This document shows positions 17,855 to 27,413 of a DNA stretch of 53,717 nucleotides, one piece after another (position 1 is the stretch's first letter; each line of letters starts with the position of its first letter). A model generated the notes under the pieces. It searched no databases, had not been told where the DNA came from, and saw only the letters and a list, made by a program, of their open reading frames with translations. This DNA is from a virus. Lineage: Duplodnaviria; Caudoviricetes. The position numbers were made by a program, and so were the translations under genes. The DNA is taken from IMG/VR virus record IMGVR_UViG_3300042997_001874, positions 1 to 53,717 of that record. One strand, written 5' to 3'.

Positions 17855-20395
17855 ATGGAAAAACAAATTTTAAGTGAAGAGTTCATTCGCATGCAAAGGC
17901 TTGCGGGGATTGAAATTCAAGCACAAGAACCCATATTAGAAGAAATTTTACTAGAAGCTTTTATTGAAATTTACTGTTTAAAAAATAATTTATTATTAGA
18001 AAGTCTTGACGAATCTCTAATAGGTAAATTAAAAGATAAAATTAAGAAACTTAATATAAAACCTACAATAGGTCTTGTTGCCTCTATGTTAAAAGGGTTA
18101 AAAAATGCTTTAACTGATGAGGGGTACCAAAAAATTATAAAAATAGTTAAAGATTATGATGGACCTAAAAATATATCTCAAATAAAAGATTATCTTATAA
18201 AAAATCTTGATATACCTAAGGAAAAATTAGACGAAAAAATATTTACAAATAAAAAAGGAAATCCTAATACTTTATCAAGATCAATACTTTTTAATTTAAT
18301 ATTTATTATTCTTTTTAATTTAACTTCTAGTTCATTCTTATCCCAAGCTCAATCCAGCATGGATAAATTTGATGCTCCTATAGAAAAAGAAATTTCAGTA
18401 AAAGATGCTACTGAATTAGAATTAGGTGATTCTACTATAAATGCTCTTGAAAAAATAAGTGATGAAGTTAATACACCAATAGGGGGAGATACCGGAGGAG
18501 ATACCGGGGGAGATATCGGAAATAATTCAGTAACTGTTGATGACACTGGAAATGTTATTAAAGTGGGTTTTGATACAGGAGAATTTGAAATTGGAGATGT
18601 AGATAAAGTTGCTAAAAAAGTAGCTGATGAAATTATAAAAAAAGCTGGAGGTAAAACAATTGTAAAAATTGATTTAGAAGTAGAAGGTCTGATATCAAAT
18701 ACACCTGGAGAAGGAGATAATAATCCTAATGGGCCTGATAAAACGGGATTAGCTGAAAAACGCTTAGAAGTTGCTAAAAAAATAGCTGATGAAGTAAAGC
18801 TAGAGCTTGAAAAAAAATATTCTGGGATTAAAGTTAGCATTAAGGATGGAGGTACTAATGTAAATAATACTGGGGAAGAAGTAGAAGTAGGTTCTAAAGA
18901 AGCAAAAGATAAGGAAGCAGCATCTTTTACTATTTTAGATATAGAAACAGAAAAAGAAACAACAATAGATACACCCGATAGTCCTTTAACTTATTTTAGA
19001 AGACCTAAAGATTTAATGCCTGATGGTAACAAATATTATACTATATTAGGATATTTCTTACCATTAATTACAAATGATAAACAACCTTCAAAAGAATTTA
19101 TGAAAATTCTTAATATGAAAGAAGGAGATGTTATTAATGATAGTTTTATTAATAAAAAAATTGAGGAACTTCGTACTCAATATCCCGAAGGTAGTCCTAA
19201 AGTTAAAGAAGCAAAAAAAGCAATACAAATTTTATCTTGGGCACAAAAAGTTAAAAAGAATCCTAAATCTATTGGAGAATTTATAAAAAATTTAGATCCA
19301 AAAATTAATATTCCTTGGGAAAAACGTGTACTTCTTAGACCTGGTGAAAAAGGCAAAGCTGCATTTACTGGGGGTTCTAAAACCACTCAAACTCCGACTC
19401 CGGGATCTCAAGCTCAGGATAGGCTAAGGACAGGCGGCCGGAGTACTCCTAATCCTACACCCAATGATTTACGTGATTTAGGTGAGATTAGGTTAGCTAA
19501 TATATATGAAAATTTACTTTTTGAAGCACAAGCATCAGAATGGAAATCTCTCCCAGATTATAATGAATCTACTGCTAAAAGCAATTTAGGTGAACTAGTT
19601 CCTTTATATGTTTATATTTGGGATATAGGAGATAACGGAGCAATAAAATATGTATCTGGTATAAATGATGATGGTAGTCAAGCTAAAAATGTCCCCTATA
19701 AATTAAGTTGGGAAAAATTTACAACTAAATACCCAGTCCTTGATAAAAAAACAAATGATTATCTTTTTAATGTAAAACCTTCAGAAGATCCTAAAAAACA
19801 AGGTGAACCTAGTAAGTCTAGCAGTAAATCAGATAATATTCCTGTTAAGTTTGATAAAGAAACAGATAAAACAAAGAATACATCTGAAACTAATAGGATA
19901 ATTACGGCTATTAATAATAATTCTAGTATTAAAACGGCTCTAAGTAAAATAGATAATGTAGAAGAATTTAAACAGTTAATCTTAATTTTACTTTTAGATA
20001 AACTTCCAGTATACAAGGATAATAGACCGGCTCTAAGAACAGCACTTTCAAAAATACAAGCTAGAATTCAACTTCGTAATCAAAAGGGACAATTTATTAA
20101 ACTTCAAGAAGAGGATGCTTCTGATGTAATTAGGCTTGAAGATCTATTAGATGATTCTGCTGCAACTCAATTAAGAAATGAGCTTAAAAATATTAATACA
20201 GAAGAAGAAATAATACAAATAATTGTAAGAGCTATTATTCCTTATTTGAACCCTAATTTAAAAAATAGTACCCAAAGCTTAAAACAAGCCATTATTAGAG
20301 CTCAGGCGGATTTTGATAAAATGTCAAAGTCTTCGGGTGATATAGATTTAAAAGAGCTTTTTGTGAAAGCACTTAGGGAATCATCAAGTCGGTAA
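17855..20395 (+). CDS. Large hypothetical protein with a scaffold-like N-terminal motif, one TM segment and a possible OmpA-like domain
   Basis: FIRMQRLAGI at the N-terminus; ILFNLIFIILFNL hydrophobic stretch; FDTG...VEGLIS...LAEKR resembles OmpA C-terminal motifs. Confidence 0.5.
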   Translation: MEKQILSEEFIRMQRLAGIEIQAQEPILEEILLEAFIEIYCLKNNLLLESLDESLIGKLKDKIKKLNIKPTIGLVASMLKGLKNALTDEGYQKIIKIVKDYDGPKNISQIKDYLIKNLDIPKEKLDEKIFTNKKGNPNTLSRSILFNLIFIILFNLTSSSFLSQAQSSMDKFDAPIEKEISVKDATELELGDSTINALEKISDEVNTPIGGDTGGDTGGDIGNNSVTVDDTGNVIKVGFDTGEFEIGDVDKVAKKVADEIIKKAGGKTIVKIDLEVEGLISNTPGEGDNNPNGPDKTGLAEKRLEVAKKIADEVKLELEKKYSGIKVSIKDGGTNVNNTGEEVEVGSKEAKDKEAASFTILDIETEKETTIDTPDSPLTYFRRPKDLMPDGNKYYTILGYFLPLITNDKQPSKEFMKILNMKEGDVINDSFINKKIEELRTQYPEGSPKVKEAKKAIQILSWAQKVKKNPKSIGEFIKNLDPKINIPWEKRVLLRPGEKGKAAFTGGSKTTQTPTPGSQAQDRLRTGGRSTPNPTPNDLRDLGEIRLANIYENLLFEAQASEWKSLPDYNESTAKSNLGELVPLYVYIWDIGDNGAIKYVSGINDDGSQAKNVPYKLSWEKFTTKYPVLDKKTNDYLFNVKPSEDPKKQGEPSKSSSKSDNIPVKFDKETDKTKNTSETNRIITAINNNSSIKTALSKIDNVEEFKQLILILLLDKLPVYKDNRPALRTALSKIQARIQLRNQKGQFIKLQEEDASDVIRLEDLLDDSAATQLRNELKNINTEEEIIQIIVRAIIPYLNPNLKNSTQSLKQAIIRAQADFDKMSKSSGDIDLKELFVKALRESSSR

Positions 20396-20411
20396 GTTTT
20401 TTAAAAAAGAC

Positions 20412-20440
20412 TTTGCTGCGTAAGATATTGTTCGTATCTT
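20412..20440 (+). promoter_or_regulatory. Putative host-RNAP (early/middle) promoter TTTG-N19-TATCTT
   Basis: Resembles the Bacteroidota -33 TTTG / -7 TAnnTTTG layout; the same arrangement occurs at 35399-35428; precedes primase. Confidence 0.45.
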
Positions 20441-20447
20441 ACACCAT

Positions 20448-21380
20448 ATGGTAAACCAGCTGGTTGTAAACGTAATAAATTCCGTAATAGGATCAGGTAA
20501 ACCCACCGCTAGGGGCAATATGGCTCATACCTGTCCATTTTGTCACCATTCAAAACCTAAGCTCGAGATTAATTTTGATGAGAATGCTACCTACTATCAA
20601 AAGTGGCATTGTTGGGTTTGTGATAAGAAAGGTTCTAAATTAATGAGCTTATTTAAAGCTATTGACGCACCACAAGACAAGATAGATGAGCTACGATCAT
20701 TGGTGGGAGCCTCTCGAATGGTCACCACCTCAGAAAACTCCAATAAAGTAGAATTACCAAAAGAATTTAAACCTCTATCGGAGATTACCGAAAAGGATAT
20801 AGTAGGAAGACACGCACTTGCTTATTTAAAGAAACGAGGCATTTCTAAACACGATATACTCAAATACAATATTGGTTATTGTGAGGGCGGTGCCTACAAC
20901 AAAATGATCGTTATACCATCGTATAGTAGCGAAGCTAAACTAAACTATTTCGTGGCCCGTAATTTTGATTCTAACTCACCAGTTAAGTACAAAAACCCGC
21001 CAATAAACAAAAATATTGTACCGTTTGAGCTATTTGTAAACTGGTCTTCTCCACTTGTTTTGTGTGAGGGACCGTTTGATGCTTTAGCGATTAAGAGAAA
21101 TGCTATTCCACTATTGGGAAAGCATATACAAGATAATTTAATGAAACAAATCGTAACCTCTGTTGTAAAACAGATCTACATTGCTTTAGATAAAGACGCA
21201 ATGAAGGATGCCTTACGGTTTGCCGAATTATTGTTAAACGAGGGTAAAGAGGTTTACCTTGTTGATTTGGATGAAAAAGATCCAAGCGAAATGGGTTTTG
21301 AAAATTTTACAAACCTTATCCAAAACACTTATCCGTTAACCACCTATGGTTTAATGTCCAAGAAAATCGAACTTATATGA
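20448..21380 (+). CDS. DNA primase (zinc-binding domain plus TOPRIM)
   Basis: CPFCHH...WHCWVC zinc finger; YLKKRGI, LCEGPFDALAI, IALDKDA, KDPSE. Confidence 0.88.
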   Translation: MVNQLVVNVINSVIGSGKPTARGNMAHTCPFCHHSKPKLEINFDENATYYQKWHCWVCDKKGSKLMSLFKAIDAPQDKIDELRSLVGASRMVTTSENSNKVELPKEFKPLSEITEKDIVGRHALAYLKKRGISKHDILKYNIGYCEGGAYNKMIVIPSYSSEAKLNYFVARNFDSNSPVKYKNPPINKNIVPFELFVNWSSPLVLCEGPFDALAIKRNAIPLLGKHIQDNLMKQIVTSVVKQIYIALDKDAMKDALRFAELLLNEGKEVYLVDLDEKDPSEMGFENFTNLIQNTYPLTTYGLMSKKIELI

Positions 21381-22150
21381 GTAAAAGAAACATCAAACAA
21401 TCTTACAATAGAATCCTAGAGATTTCAGAAGACGCTAAACAAATTACAATGCCAGATTCGCGCTATTACAGGCGCAATGGAGAGTATTATCCTTCTATTA
21501 CTTATGTTTTATCGGTTTATCCAAAGGGTAAATTCTTTGAAGATTGGTTAAAAAAAGTAGGATATTCCTCGGAATACATTGTTAAAAAAGCAGGTGAAGA
21601 AGGTACAGCTACCCACGAACTAATCGAGGACTATCTAAACGGTAAAGAACTCAATTTCCTAAACGAATGGGGTAATCCTCAACATAATCCAGATGTATGG
21701 CAGATGTTTCTTCGTTTTGTTGATTTTTGGGAGACATATAAACCTAAATTGATCGAGACCGAAGTTCATTTATTCTCTGATGTATATAAAATTGCTGGGA
21801 CTTGTGATATGGTTTGCGAAATAGATGGTGAATTATGGGTTATCGATTTTAAAACCTCTAATAACCTACAAACAACGTACGATCTTCAAACAGCCGCCTA
21901 CGCTACGTGTTATGAGGAATGCTACGGTAAGCGAGTTGACCGCACAGCTATTTTATGGCTTAAATCATCTAAGCGTGGTGGTAAAACCGGATCTATGCAA
22001 GGTAAGGGGTGGGAAATTTATGAATCTAAACGCACTACAGAGGAAAACATGGATATATTCTCTACAGTTAAGAAATTGTTTGATTTAGAGAATCCAAACC
22101 ACAGCCCTATCTTTACAGAATTCCAGACTGTAGTTAAGAGAAACCTCTGA
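21377..22150 (+). CDS. PD-(D/E)XK exonuclease (Cas4/RecB-like phage exonuclease)
   Basis: YPSITYVL, GTATHELIE, AGTCDMV...IDFKTS, QTAAY. Confidence 0.82.
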   Translation: MSKRNIKQSYNRILEISEDAKQITMPDSRYYRRNGEYYPSITYVLSVYPKGKFFEDWLKKVGYSSEYIVKKAGEEGTATHELIEDYLNGKELNFLNEWGNPQHNPDVWQMFLRFVDFWETYKPKLIETEVHLFSDVYKIAGTCDMVCEIDGELWVIDFKTSNNLQTTYDLQTAAYATCYEECYGKRVDRTAILWLKSSKRGGKTGSMQGKGWEIYESKRTTEENMDIFSTVKKLFDLENPNHSPIFTEFQTVVKRNL

Positions 22151-22158
22151 TATTTATA
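22151..22158 (+). promoter_or_regulatory. Putative late promoter TATTTATA
   Basis: Recurrent octamer upstream of ATG 22174. Confidence 0.6.
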
Positions 22159-22173
22159 CGTAAACACGCGTGT

Positions 22174-22977
22174 ATGATCTCACTGATCCAATTACTTAAG
22201 GAGGTACAGGGCGCCCCCAAAGCTATTATTTTAGCTGGGGCACCGGGTGCTGGTAAATCATCTGTTATAGATGATATTATCAGTGACCTTGGATTGAAGG
22301 TAATGAACATTGATGATTTCTTTATTAAAAACCTTCGCGACGCAGGCATTTCACTTGATTTGAAAAAAGCAGATGCTGAAGGTAGAAGTGGGGCAGCTAA
22401 AGCAATGGCCGCCGCTCAAAAAGATTATCAAGCATCTCTAGCTCAAGAGATTGGCTCTAAAGGAAACATCGTAATCGATGGTACAGCCGCCTCATACAAT
22501 AAAACAGAACAACTAAAAAATACTTTAGAGGCAGCAGGCTATGATGTGATGATGGTATTTGTTTATTCCTCGTTAGAGAAATCACTTGAAAAAAACGAAG
22601 ATAGATTTGAGCGTTCAGCAGGTAAAGATAGAAGTTTAATGCCAGCTATTGTAATGCAAACATGGGCTAATGTAACTAAAAACTTTATCCCATACCTTAA
22701 TTTATTTAGCAATAATTTCGTAGCAACTACAAAAGACAAAGATCCATTTAGTAAAAAAAGTTTAGAAGACATTATAGACCGCTATATTGATCCATACCGT
22801 CCTACTGACACTAAAGAAAAATCAGAAAAAGAAATAGCTAAATCTAGAGCTGATAAAGAAAACCTTGAACAAGAGATCATATCGCTACGCGATAAACAAA
22901 ACGTTCAGGACATTATACAACAAACCGTTTCTATTCCAGAAGCACAAACAAAAATCAAACAATTCCTTAACTCATGA
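22174..22977 (+). CDS. Zeta-toxin/AAA_33-like P-loop kinase with an N-terminal leader
   Basis: PKAIILAGAPGAGKSS, NIDD, NIVIDGT, GYDVMMVFV, EKNEDR; leader MISLIQLLKE. Confidence 0.72.
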   Translation: MISLIQLLKEVQGAPKAIILAGAPGAGKSSVIDDIISDLGLKVMNIDDFFIKNLRDAGISLDLKKADAEGRSGAAKAMAAAQKDYQASLAQEIGSKGNIVIDGTAASYNKTEQLKNTLEAAGYDVMMVFVYSSLEKSLEKNEDRFERSAGKDRSLMPAIVMQTWANVTKNFIPYLNLFSNNFVATTKDKDPFSKKSLEDIIDRYIDPYRPTDTKEKSEKEIAKSRADKENLEQEIISLRDKQNVQDIIQQTVSIPEAQTKIKQFLNS

Positions 22978-23330
22978 AAACATCTGAATTAAAATATATT
23001 ATTAAAGAAGCTCTTGAAGCATCACAAATGGAAATGATAGAACCAATTGATGAGATTGGTACTTTCATGATCGTAAAAAAACCTAAAAAAGGTATGGCTA
23101 TGGAAGATATGATGCAAGAAGTATCTATTTATGATTCAATCATGAAAGAAGAAATCATCATGGCTACTACAAATAAATCAGCTGCTCGTAAGCGCGCTAA
23201 AGAAGCCCTTAAAGAATACGAGATGCAGAAAAATACTCTTAAAAAAGAAATGGAAGAGTACAGAGCAGCTAAAAAAGCTATTGAAGAAAAGAAAACTAAA
23301 GCAAAAGAGCTTATTAATAAGCTTAGATAA
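22974..23330 (+). CDS. Hypothetical basic coiled-coil protein with an MKTSELKYIIKE leader
   Basis: ORF track; shared leader. Confidence 0.55.
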   Translation: MKTSELKYIIKEALEASQMEMIEPIDEIGTFMIVKKPKKGMAMEDMMQEVSIYDSIMKEEIIMATTNKSAARKRAKEALKEYEMQKNTLKKEMEEYRAAKKAIEEKKTKAKELINKLR

Positions 23331-23331
23331 A

Positions 23332-26300
23332 TTGGACGAGTTAACTAAGTTTCTGGTTAGGGAGCTAATAGACGGGCAATCCGTCACAGCTATCTATGGT
23401 GGGGGGTTCAAACCTCCCACTAAAGGTCACTTTGACTTAGTTAAAACAGCTTTAAAAGATTTTAAAGACATAGATAAATTTATAATCTATGTTGGAAGTG
23501 GTGTTCGAGACGGAATCGAGCAAGAACAATCTTTACAAGTATGGGATATTTACAAGGAATTACTTCCATCCAAAGTTCAAATAGAACCATCAGCTACCCC
23601 TATTGGCGATATAATGCGCTATGCTAAAAACCACCCAGACGAAAAAGTATATTTTGTAATTGGTTATCGTGAGGGTAGAGAGGATGATTTAGATGATATC
23701 AAAAACCGCACTAAAGGGGTAGAAGAAAAATACCCTAATTTAGAGGTTCGAGTAATCAAAACCCCATCGGGTGATATGAGCGGAACAAATGCTCGTAAAG
23801 CACTTAAAAAAGGAGATAAAGAACAATTCTTTACTTATTTACCTACTGAAGTACCAGCTAACGAGAAAGAAGATATCTACAATATTTTAGAACCTACTGT
23901 TTTTAAAGAAGGGTCTTGCGGTTACGATATAGACGCTAAAACCGGTAAACAATTAGCTACACCTGGTGGTTTAGAGGAAGCAGATCCTAAAAAAGGAACA
24001 GGTAAAAAACCAAAAGGATCATCTCGTAGATTATACACTGATGAAAATCCAAGCGATACAGTTAAAGTAAAATTCTCTACTAAACAGGATATTATAGATA
24101 CATTTTCTAAAGCATCTTTTAAGTCAAAGCCACACGCTCGCAAATCTCAGGTAATTAACTTAATTCACCAACGTGTTAGAGCAGCTTACGAGAGAGCAAA
24201 AGACCCTGAAGTTAAAAAACGTTTAAAAACTGCTTTAGATTATGCCGAACAGAAAAAAGAAGCATCTAAAGAAAAAACACAACGTTTAAAAAAAGAAAAC
24301 GTAGCACCTAATCACGATGGTAAATCAGCTCCATTCGGTTCAGGATATAAAACAGTAAAAGAAAGAACAGCATCTGGTAATCCACCCCGCTACAGAGCTA
24401 TTGAAAAAAGAGGAGATAAATACTACTATATTCAAGACAACCCATTTGCTCCTGGTATTAGACAAGAATTTGGTCCCTATAAAACAAAGGAACAGGCTAA
24501 GAAAAAAATGGGAACATTCCCACCATCTCAAAACTATAGAGATATAACAGAAAACACTATCCCCTCAATCGATATACTCGAAAAAATAGCCGAGTTAACT
24601 AATTACATGCGTGGGAAAGGGTACAATATTGATCCAGTCCCCAGCATTAAGCTAGTAGGTGATGATGTGGATAATGCTGAGAAATTCCTGGGTAGAACCG
24701 CGTACTATGATAATGACAATAAGTCTATCACCCTATACACTTACGGGCGTCATCCCAAAGATATTGTGCGTTCTTTCGCGCATGAGATGATTCACCATAT
24801 CCAAAACCTGGAGGGTAGATTAGGAGATGTATCCACTACAAACACTTTAGAGGATGATCATATCAATGATCTTGAAAAAGAAGCTAATCTAAAAGGTACA
24901 ATGACATTCCGTAACTGGACTGATAGTATTGAAGAAGATGGTCAAAAAACATCCAATAAAAATATGGATGATTATAAAAAACAAAATAATCCAAGTGGTA
25001 AAGTAAAAGATCCTTTTGGTTTAAATCAATATGCTCGTGAGTTAGCTCAAGGTTTAGAAGAAGAACAAGTAAACGAAGGTCGATACGATAAACTCACTAA
25101 CGAACTTTCTAGTTTTGCTTTCGAGTTAATGAAAGACGGATATGATGTTGGTAAAAAAGTAGTAGACGAGTTATTTGTAGTAGGACCAGCAGACGAGGAA
25201 GTAGATTTTGTCTCTGATGAGTTTGAATTTGACTTTGTAGTTCAAGCAATCTATACAGACGACACTTACAAAGTAGGTGGAGGTGCTAACGCAGGATTTG
25301 ATGCTAAAAGGAAAAGAATTCAACCTCTCCTTACCGTTAGATTTGAAATCCCAAAAGATATAGATTGGCAGACAGTCTCATTTGATCTAAAGGACGTTAT
25401 AAGACACGAGCTTGAACACCTAACACAAGATGGTGAAAATCTAAAAGGTGGAACAGATAGTGATGATCCTAGGTTAGTAAGACCTAGCAAATATATGGAA
25501 GATGATGAATTCATCAGAAATCTAATTGATGTAGATTTGCTCCCTAAGTCAGACTATTTTAAATTAGAAAAAGAAGTAGATGCGATGCTTCAAGGTCTTT
25601 ACTTTAAGGCTAAAAAATCTCGTAAACCTTATTTAGAGGTTATAGATGATTACTTAGATAAACAACCAGTTAACCCTCAAGAAAGAAAAGAAATTCTTGA
25701 TTTATGGGCTAAAAGAGCAAAAGCTTTAAGTTTACCTTCCTTTACCAGTGCCTACGTAAAAGAGTCCTCATACCTTTACGATACGGGTGTTAAAAAAATG
25801 GATAAGGAAATGGGAGAGAAGAAATATGTGATATTTTGTGACATGGACGGTGTGTTAGTAGATTTTGATAAAGGGTATAAAGATTTAACCGGTTTATCTA
25901 CTAAACAAGCCGACGCTCAAGGTAAAAGTGAATTTTGGAAGTTATTTGGAAAAAGTTTAAAAGAAAAAAACATATCCGATAAATCATATTGGGCTAGTCT
26001 AGATTGGATGCCCGATGGAAAACAACTTTGGGACTATATTAAAGGATATAACCCATATGTTTTAACCGCCCCTTCTGTTAATTTTGATATCCCATTTGAA
26101 GATCGTTATAAGTTAGAAAACAATGAATCAATGCAAGGTAAAACCGAGTGGGTTCAACGTTTACCTAATATGCGTAAATTATATTTCCGTTCTGCTGGTA
26201 GAAAAGCCGACTTTGCAGGTCCCGATAAAATTTTAATTGACGATAGAAAAGATACTATCGATTCATGGAATGCTAATGGTGGTATAGGTATACTTCACAC

Positions 26301-26346
26301 ATCGGCTGCTAACACAATCAAACAGTTACAAGATTTAGGTTTATGA
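23332..26346 (+). CDS. Multidomain (poly)protein: HIGH-type nucleotidyltransferase, basic domains, two HExxH zincin domains, HAD 5'(3')-nucleotidase-like
   Basis: YGGGFKPPTKGH and MSGTNAR (cytidylyltransferase-like); HEMIH at 24781; HELEH at 25405; FCDMDGVLVDF at about 25840 and ILIDDR. The start is probably TTG 23332, just after the upstream stop (the track gives 23281). Confidence 0.72.
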   Translation: MDELTKFLVRELIDGQSVTAIYGGGFKPPTKGHFDLVKTALKDFKDIDKFIIYVGSGVRDGIEQEQSLQVWDIYKELLPSKVQIEPSATPIGDIMRYAKNHPDEKVYFVIGYREGREDDLDDIKNRTKGVEEKYPNLEVRVIKTPSGDMSGTNARKALKKGDKEQFFTYLPTEVPANEKEDIYNILEPTVFKEGSCGYDIDAKTGKQLATPGGLEEADPKKGTGKKPKGSSRRLYTDENPSDTVKVKFSTKQDIIDTFSKASFKSKPHARKSQVINLIHQRVRAAYERAKDPEVKKRLKTALDYAEQKKEASKEKTQRLKKENVAPNHDGKSAPFGSGYKTVKERTASGNPPRYRAIEKRGDKYYYIQDNPFAPGIRQEFGPYKTKEQAKKKMGTFPPSQNYRDITENTIPSIDILEKIAELTNYMRGKGYNIDPVPSIKLVGDDVDNAEKFLGRTAYYDNDNKSITLYTYGRHPKDIVRSFAHEMIHHIQNLEGRLGDVSTTNTLEDDHINDLEKEANLKGTMTFRNWTDSIEEDGQKTSNKNMDDYKKQNNPSGKVKDPFGLNQYARELAQGLEEEQVNEGRYDKLTNELSSFAFELMKDGYDVGKKVVDELFVVGPADEEVDFVSDEFEFDFVVQAIYTDDTYKVGGGANAGFDAKRKRIQPLLTVRFEIPKDIDWQTVSFDLKDVIRHELEHLTQDGENLKGGTDSDDPRLVRPSKYMEDDEFIRNLIDVDLLPKSDYFKLEKEVDAMLQGLYFKAKKSRKPYLEVIDDYLDKQPVNPQERKEILDLWAKRAKALSLPSFTSAYVKESSYLYDTGVKKMDKEMGEKKYVIFCDMDGVLVDFDKGYKDLTGLSTKQADAQGKSEFWKLFGKSLKEKNISDKSYWASLDWMPDGKQLWDYIKGYNPYVLTAPSVNFDIPFEDRYKLENNESMQGKTEWVQRLPNMRKLYFRSAGRKADFAGPDKILIDDRKDTIDSWNANGGIGILHTSAANTIKQLQDLGL

Positions 26347-26924
26347 GTAAAGAAAATGTTCTGAAAAAACAATTTGTAGAAAAAGACGTTAACAGATTAA
26401 GAAATTTAGTAAAAGGAAAATATGCAGATAAATCCTCAACTTCAGTCGGTTTTACAAAAGAACAAGAAGGTCCACATATCGAAGGAGATATATGGGATCA
26501 AGAAGATAAGACGTGGACTATTAAGGACGGCATTAAACAAAATGTTACAAAACTTGATAAAGCGCGTGAAGCGGTTAATTTCCCGATTTTTTGCCCTTCC
26601 TGTAAGAAAACAATGAAACCCCATTTGGATAAGAAGTGGTTTAATATGTACAAACGCTGTTTTAACTGTCAAATAGATTTTGAAGCAGCTATCCGTAGAG
26701 AAGGACTTTGGGAAGAATACGAAAAAACAATATATAATTCAGATATCGAAGGTATTATAGAAACGTTTGAGCTATGGATGAACGAGGAAATCAAACACAA
26801 TGCTATCCAATCGTATATCACGGAAGCAGGTGACGTAGAAAAATGGACAGGTTCAGTTAAAAACAAACTACTTGAGTCAAAAGAGGAAACTATTAAGTAT
26901 TTACAGAGTCTAAAGAAAGACTAA
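26343..26924 (+). CDS. Hypothetical protein with a C4 zinc finger
   Basis: FCPSC ... RCFNC. Confidence 0.6.
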   Translation: MSKENVLKKQFVEKDVNRLRNLVKGKYADKSSTSVGFTKEQEGPHIEGDIWDQEDKTWTIKDGIKQNVTKLDKAREAVNFPIFCPSCKKTMKPHLDKKWFNMYKRCFNCQIDFEAAIRREGLWEEYEKTIYNSDIEGIIETFELWMNEEIKHNAIQSYITEAGDVEKWTGSVKNKLLESKEETIKYLQSLKKD

Positions 26925-26932
26925 TATTTATA
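26925..26932 (+). promoter_or_regulatory. Putative late promoter TATTTATA
   Basis: Recurrent octamer upstream of ATG 26955. Confidence 0.6.
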
Positions 26933-26954
26933 AACACACTTAATATAAAAAGAT

Positions 26955-27410
26955 ATGGGATTTGATGTATCCAAATGGAATAAACAACGATACCTAGCAG
27001 AAGCTGGGGAGGAACTTCAAAATCCTATAGCTAAGGCTATAAATAATGCCCTACCAGAAAATCTAGGATATAAAGAGTTTGCTAAAGCTGTAGCTAGGGT
27101 TTTAAAGGACGAATACGGTTCTCAAAACTTTAAATCCTTTATGAACGTATTACATGATGAGTTAGGTATGGAACCTTTAAACGAGGAAGCTGAAGAGTCT
27201 ACTTTAGAGAAAATAGCTTCTGAACTTAAACCAAAATATCCAGAACTTAGATTTGACCCAACATCAAATAGAATTGATGTTTTTGGAGACGAAAACGATA
27301 AAGTTACATTTGCTAATGCTGAACGAGAAACTAAGTTTGAAGATGGGTATAGAATGTTTGACGTTGAAGATGATGATAGAGGTTATATGGTTAGAATTGT
27401 AAAAAGATAA
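26955..27410 (+). CDS. Hypothetical protein with an FD...YLAE leader
   Basis: MGFDVSKWNKQRYLAE resembles the leaders at 29350 and 29730. Confidence 0.55.
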   Translation: MGFDVSKWNKQRYLAEAGEELQNPIAKAINNALPENLGYKEFAKAVARVLKDEYGSQNFKSFMNVLHDELGMEPLNEEAEESTLEKIASELKPKYPELRFDPTSNRIDVFGDENDKVTFANAERETKFEDGYRMFDVEDDDRGYMVRIVKR

Positions 27411-27413
27411 ATA

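Noticed and set aside
18482-18520. GGDT x3 micro-repeat, and the EPVA x4 repeat at 31185-31232, as contingency loci
   Set aside because: In-frame 12-bp linker repeats; copy-number change would not switch frame, so they are ordinary slippage in disordered linkers
21377-22150. Cas4 as part of a CRISPR-Cas locus
   Set aside because: No cas genes or array, and no four-Cys Fe-S pattern evident; it is coupled to primase like an ordinary phage exonuclease
22174-23330. Classical epsilon-zeta toxin-antitoxin pair
   Set aside because: No upstream antitoxin; the downstream ORF has its own leader and no recognisable antitoxin features
23281-23331. ORF-track start of the 1021-aa protein
   Set aside because: It overlaps the upstream gene by 50 nt; TTG at 23332, right after the upstream stop, is more plausible
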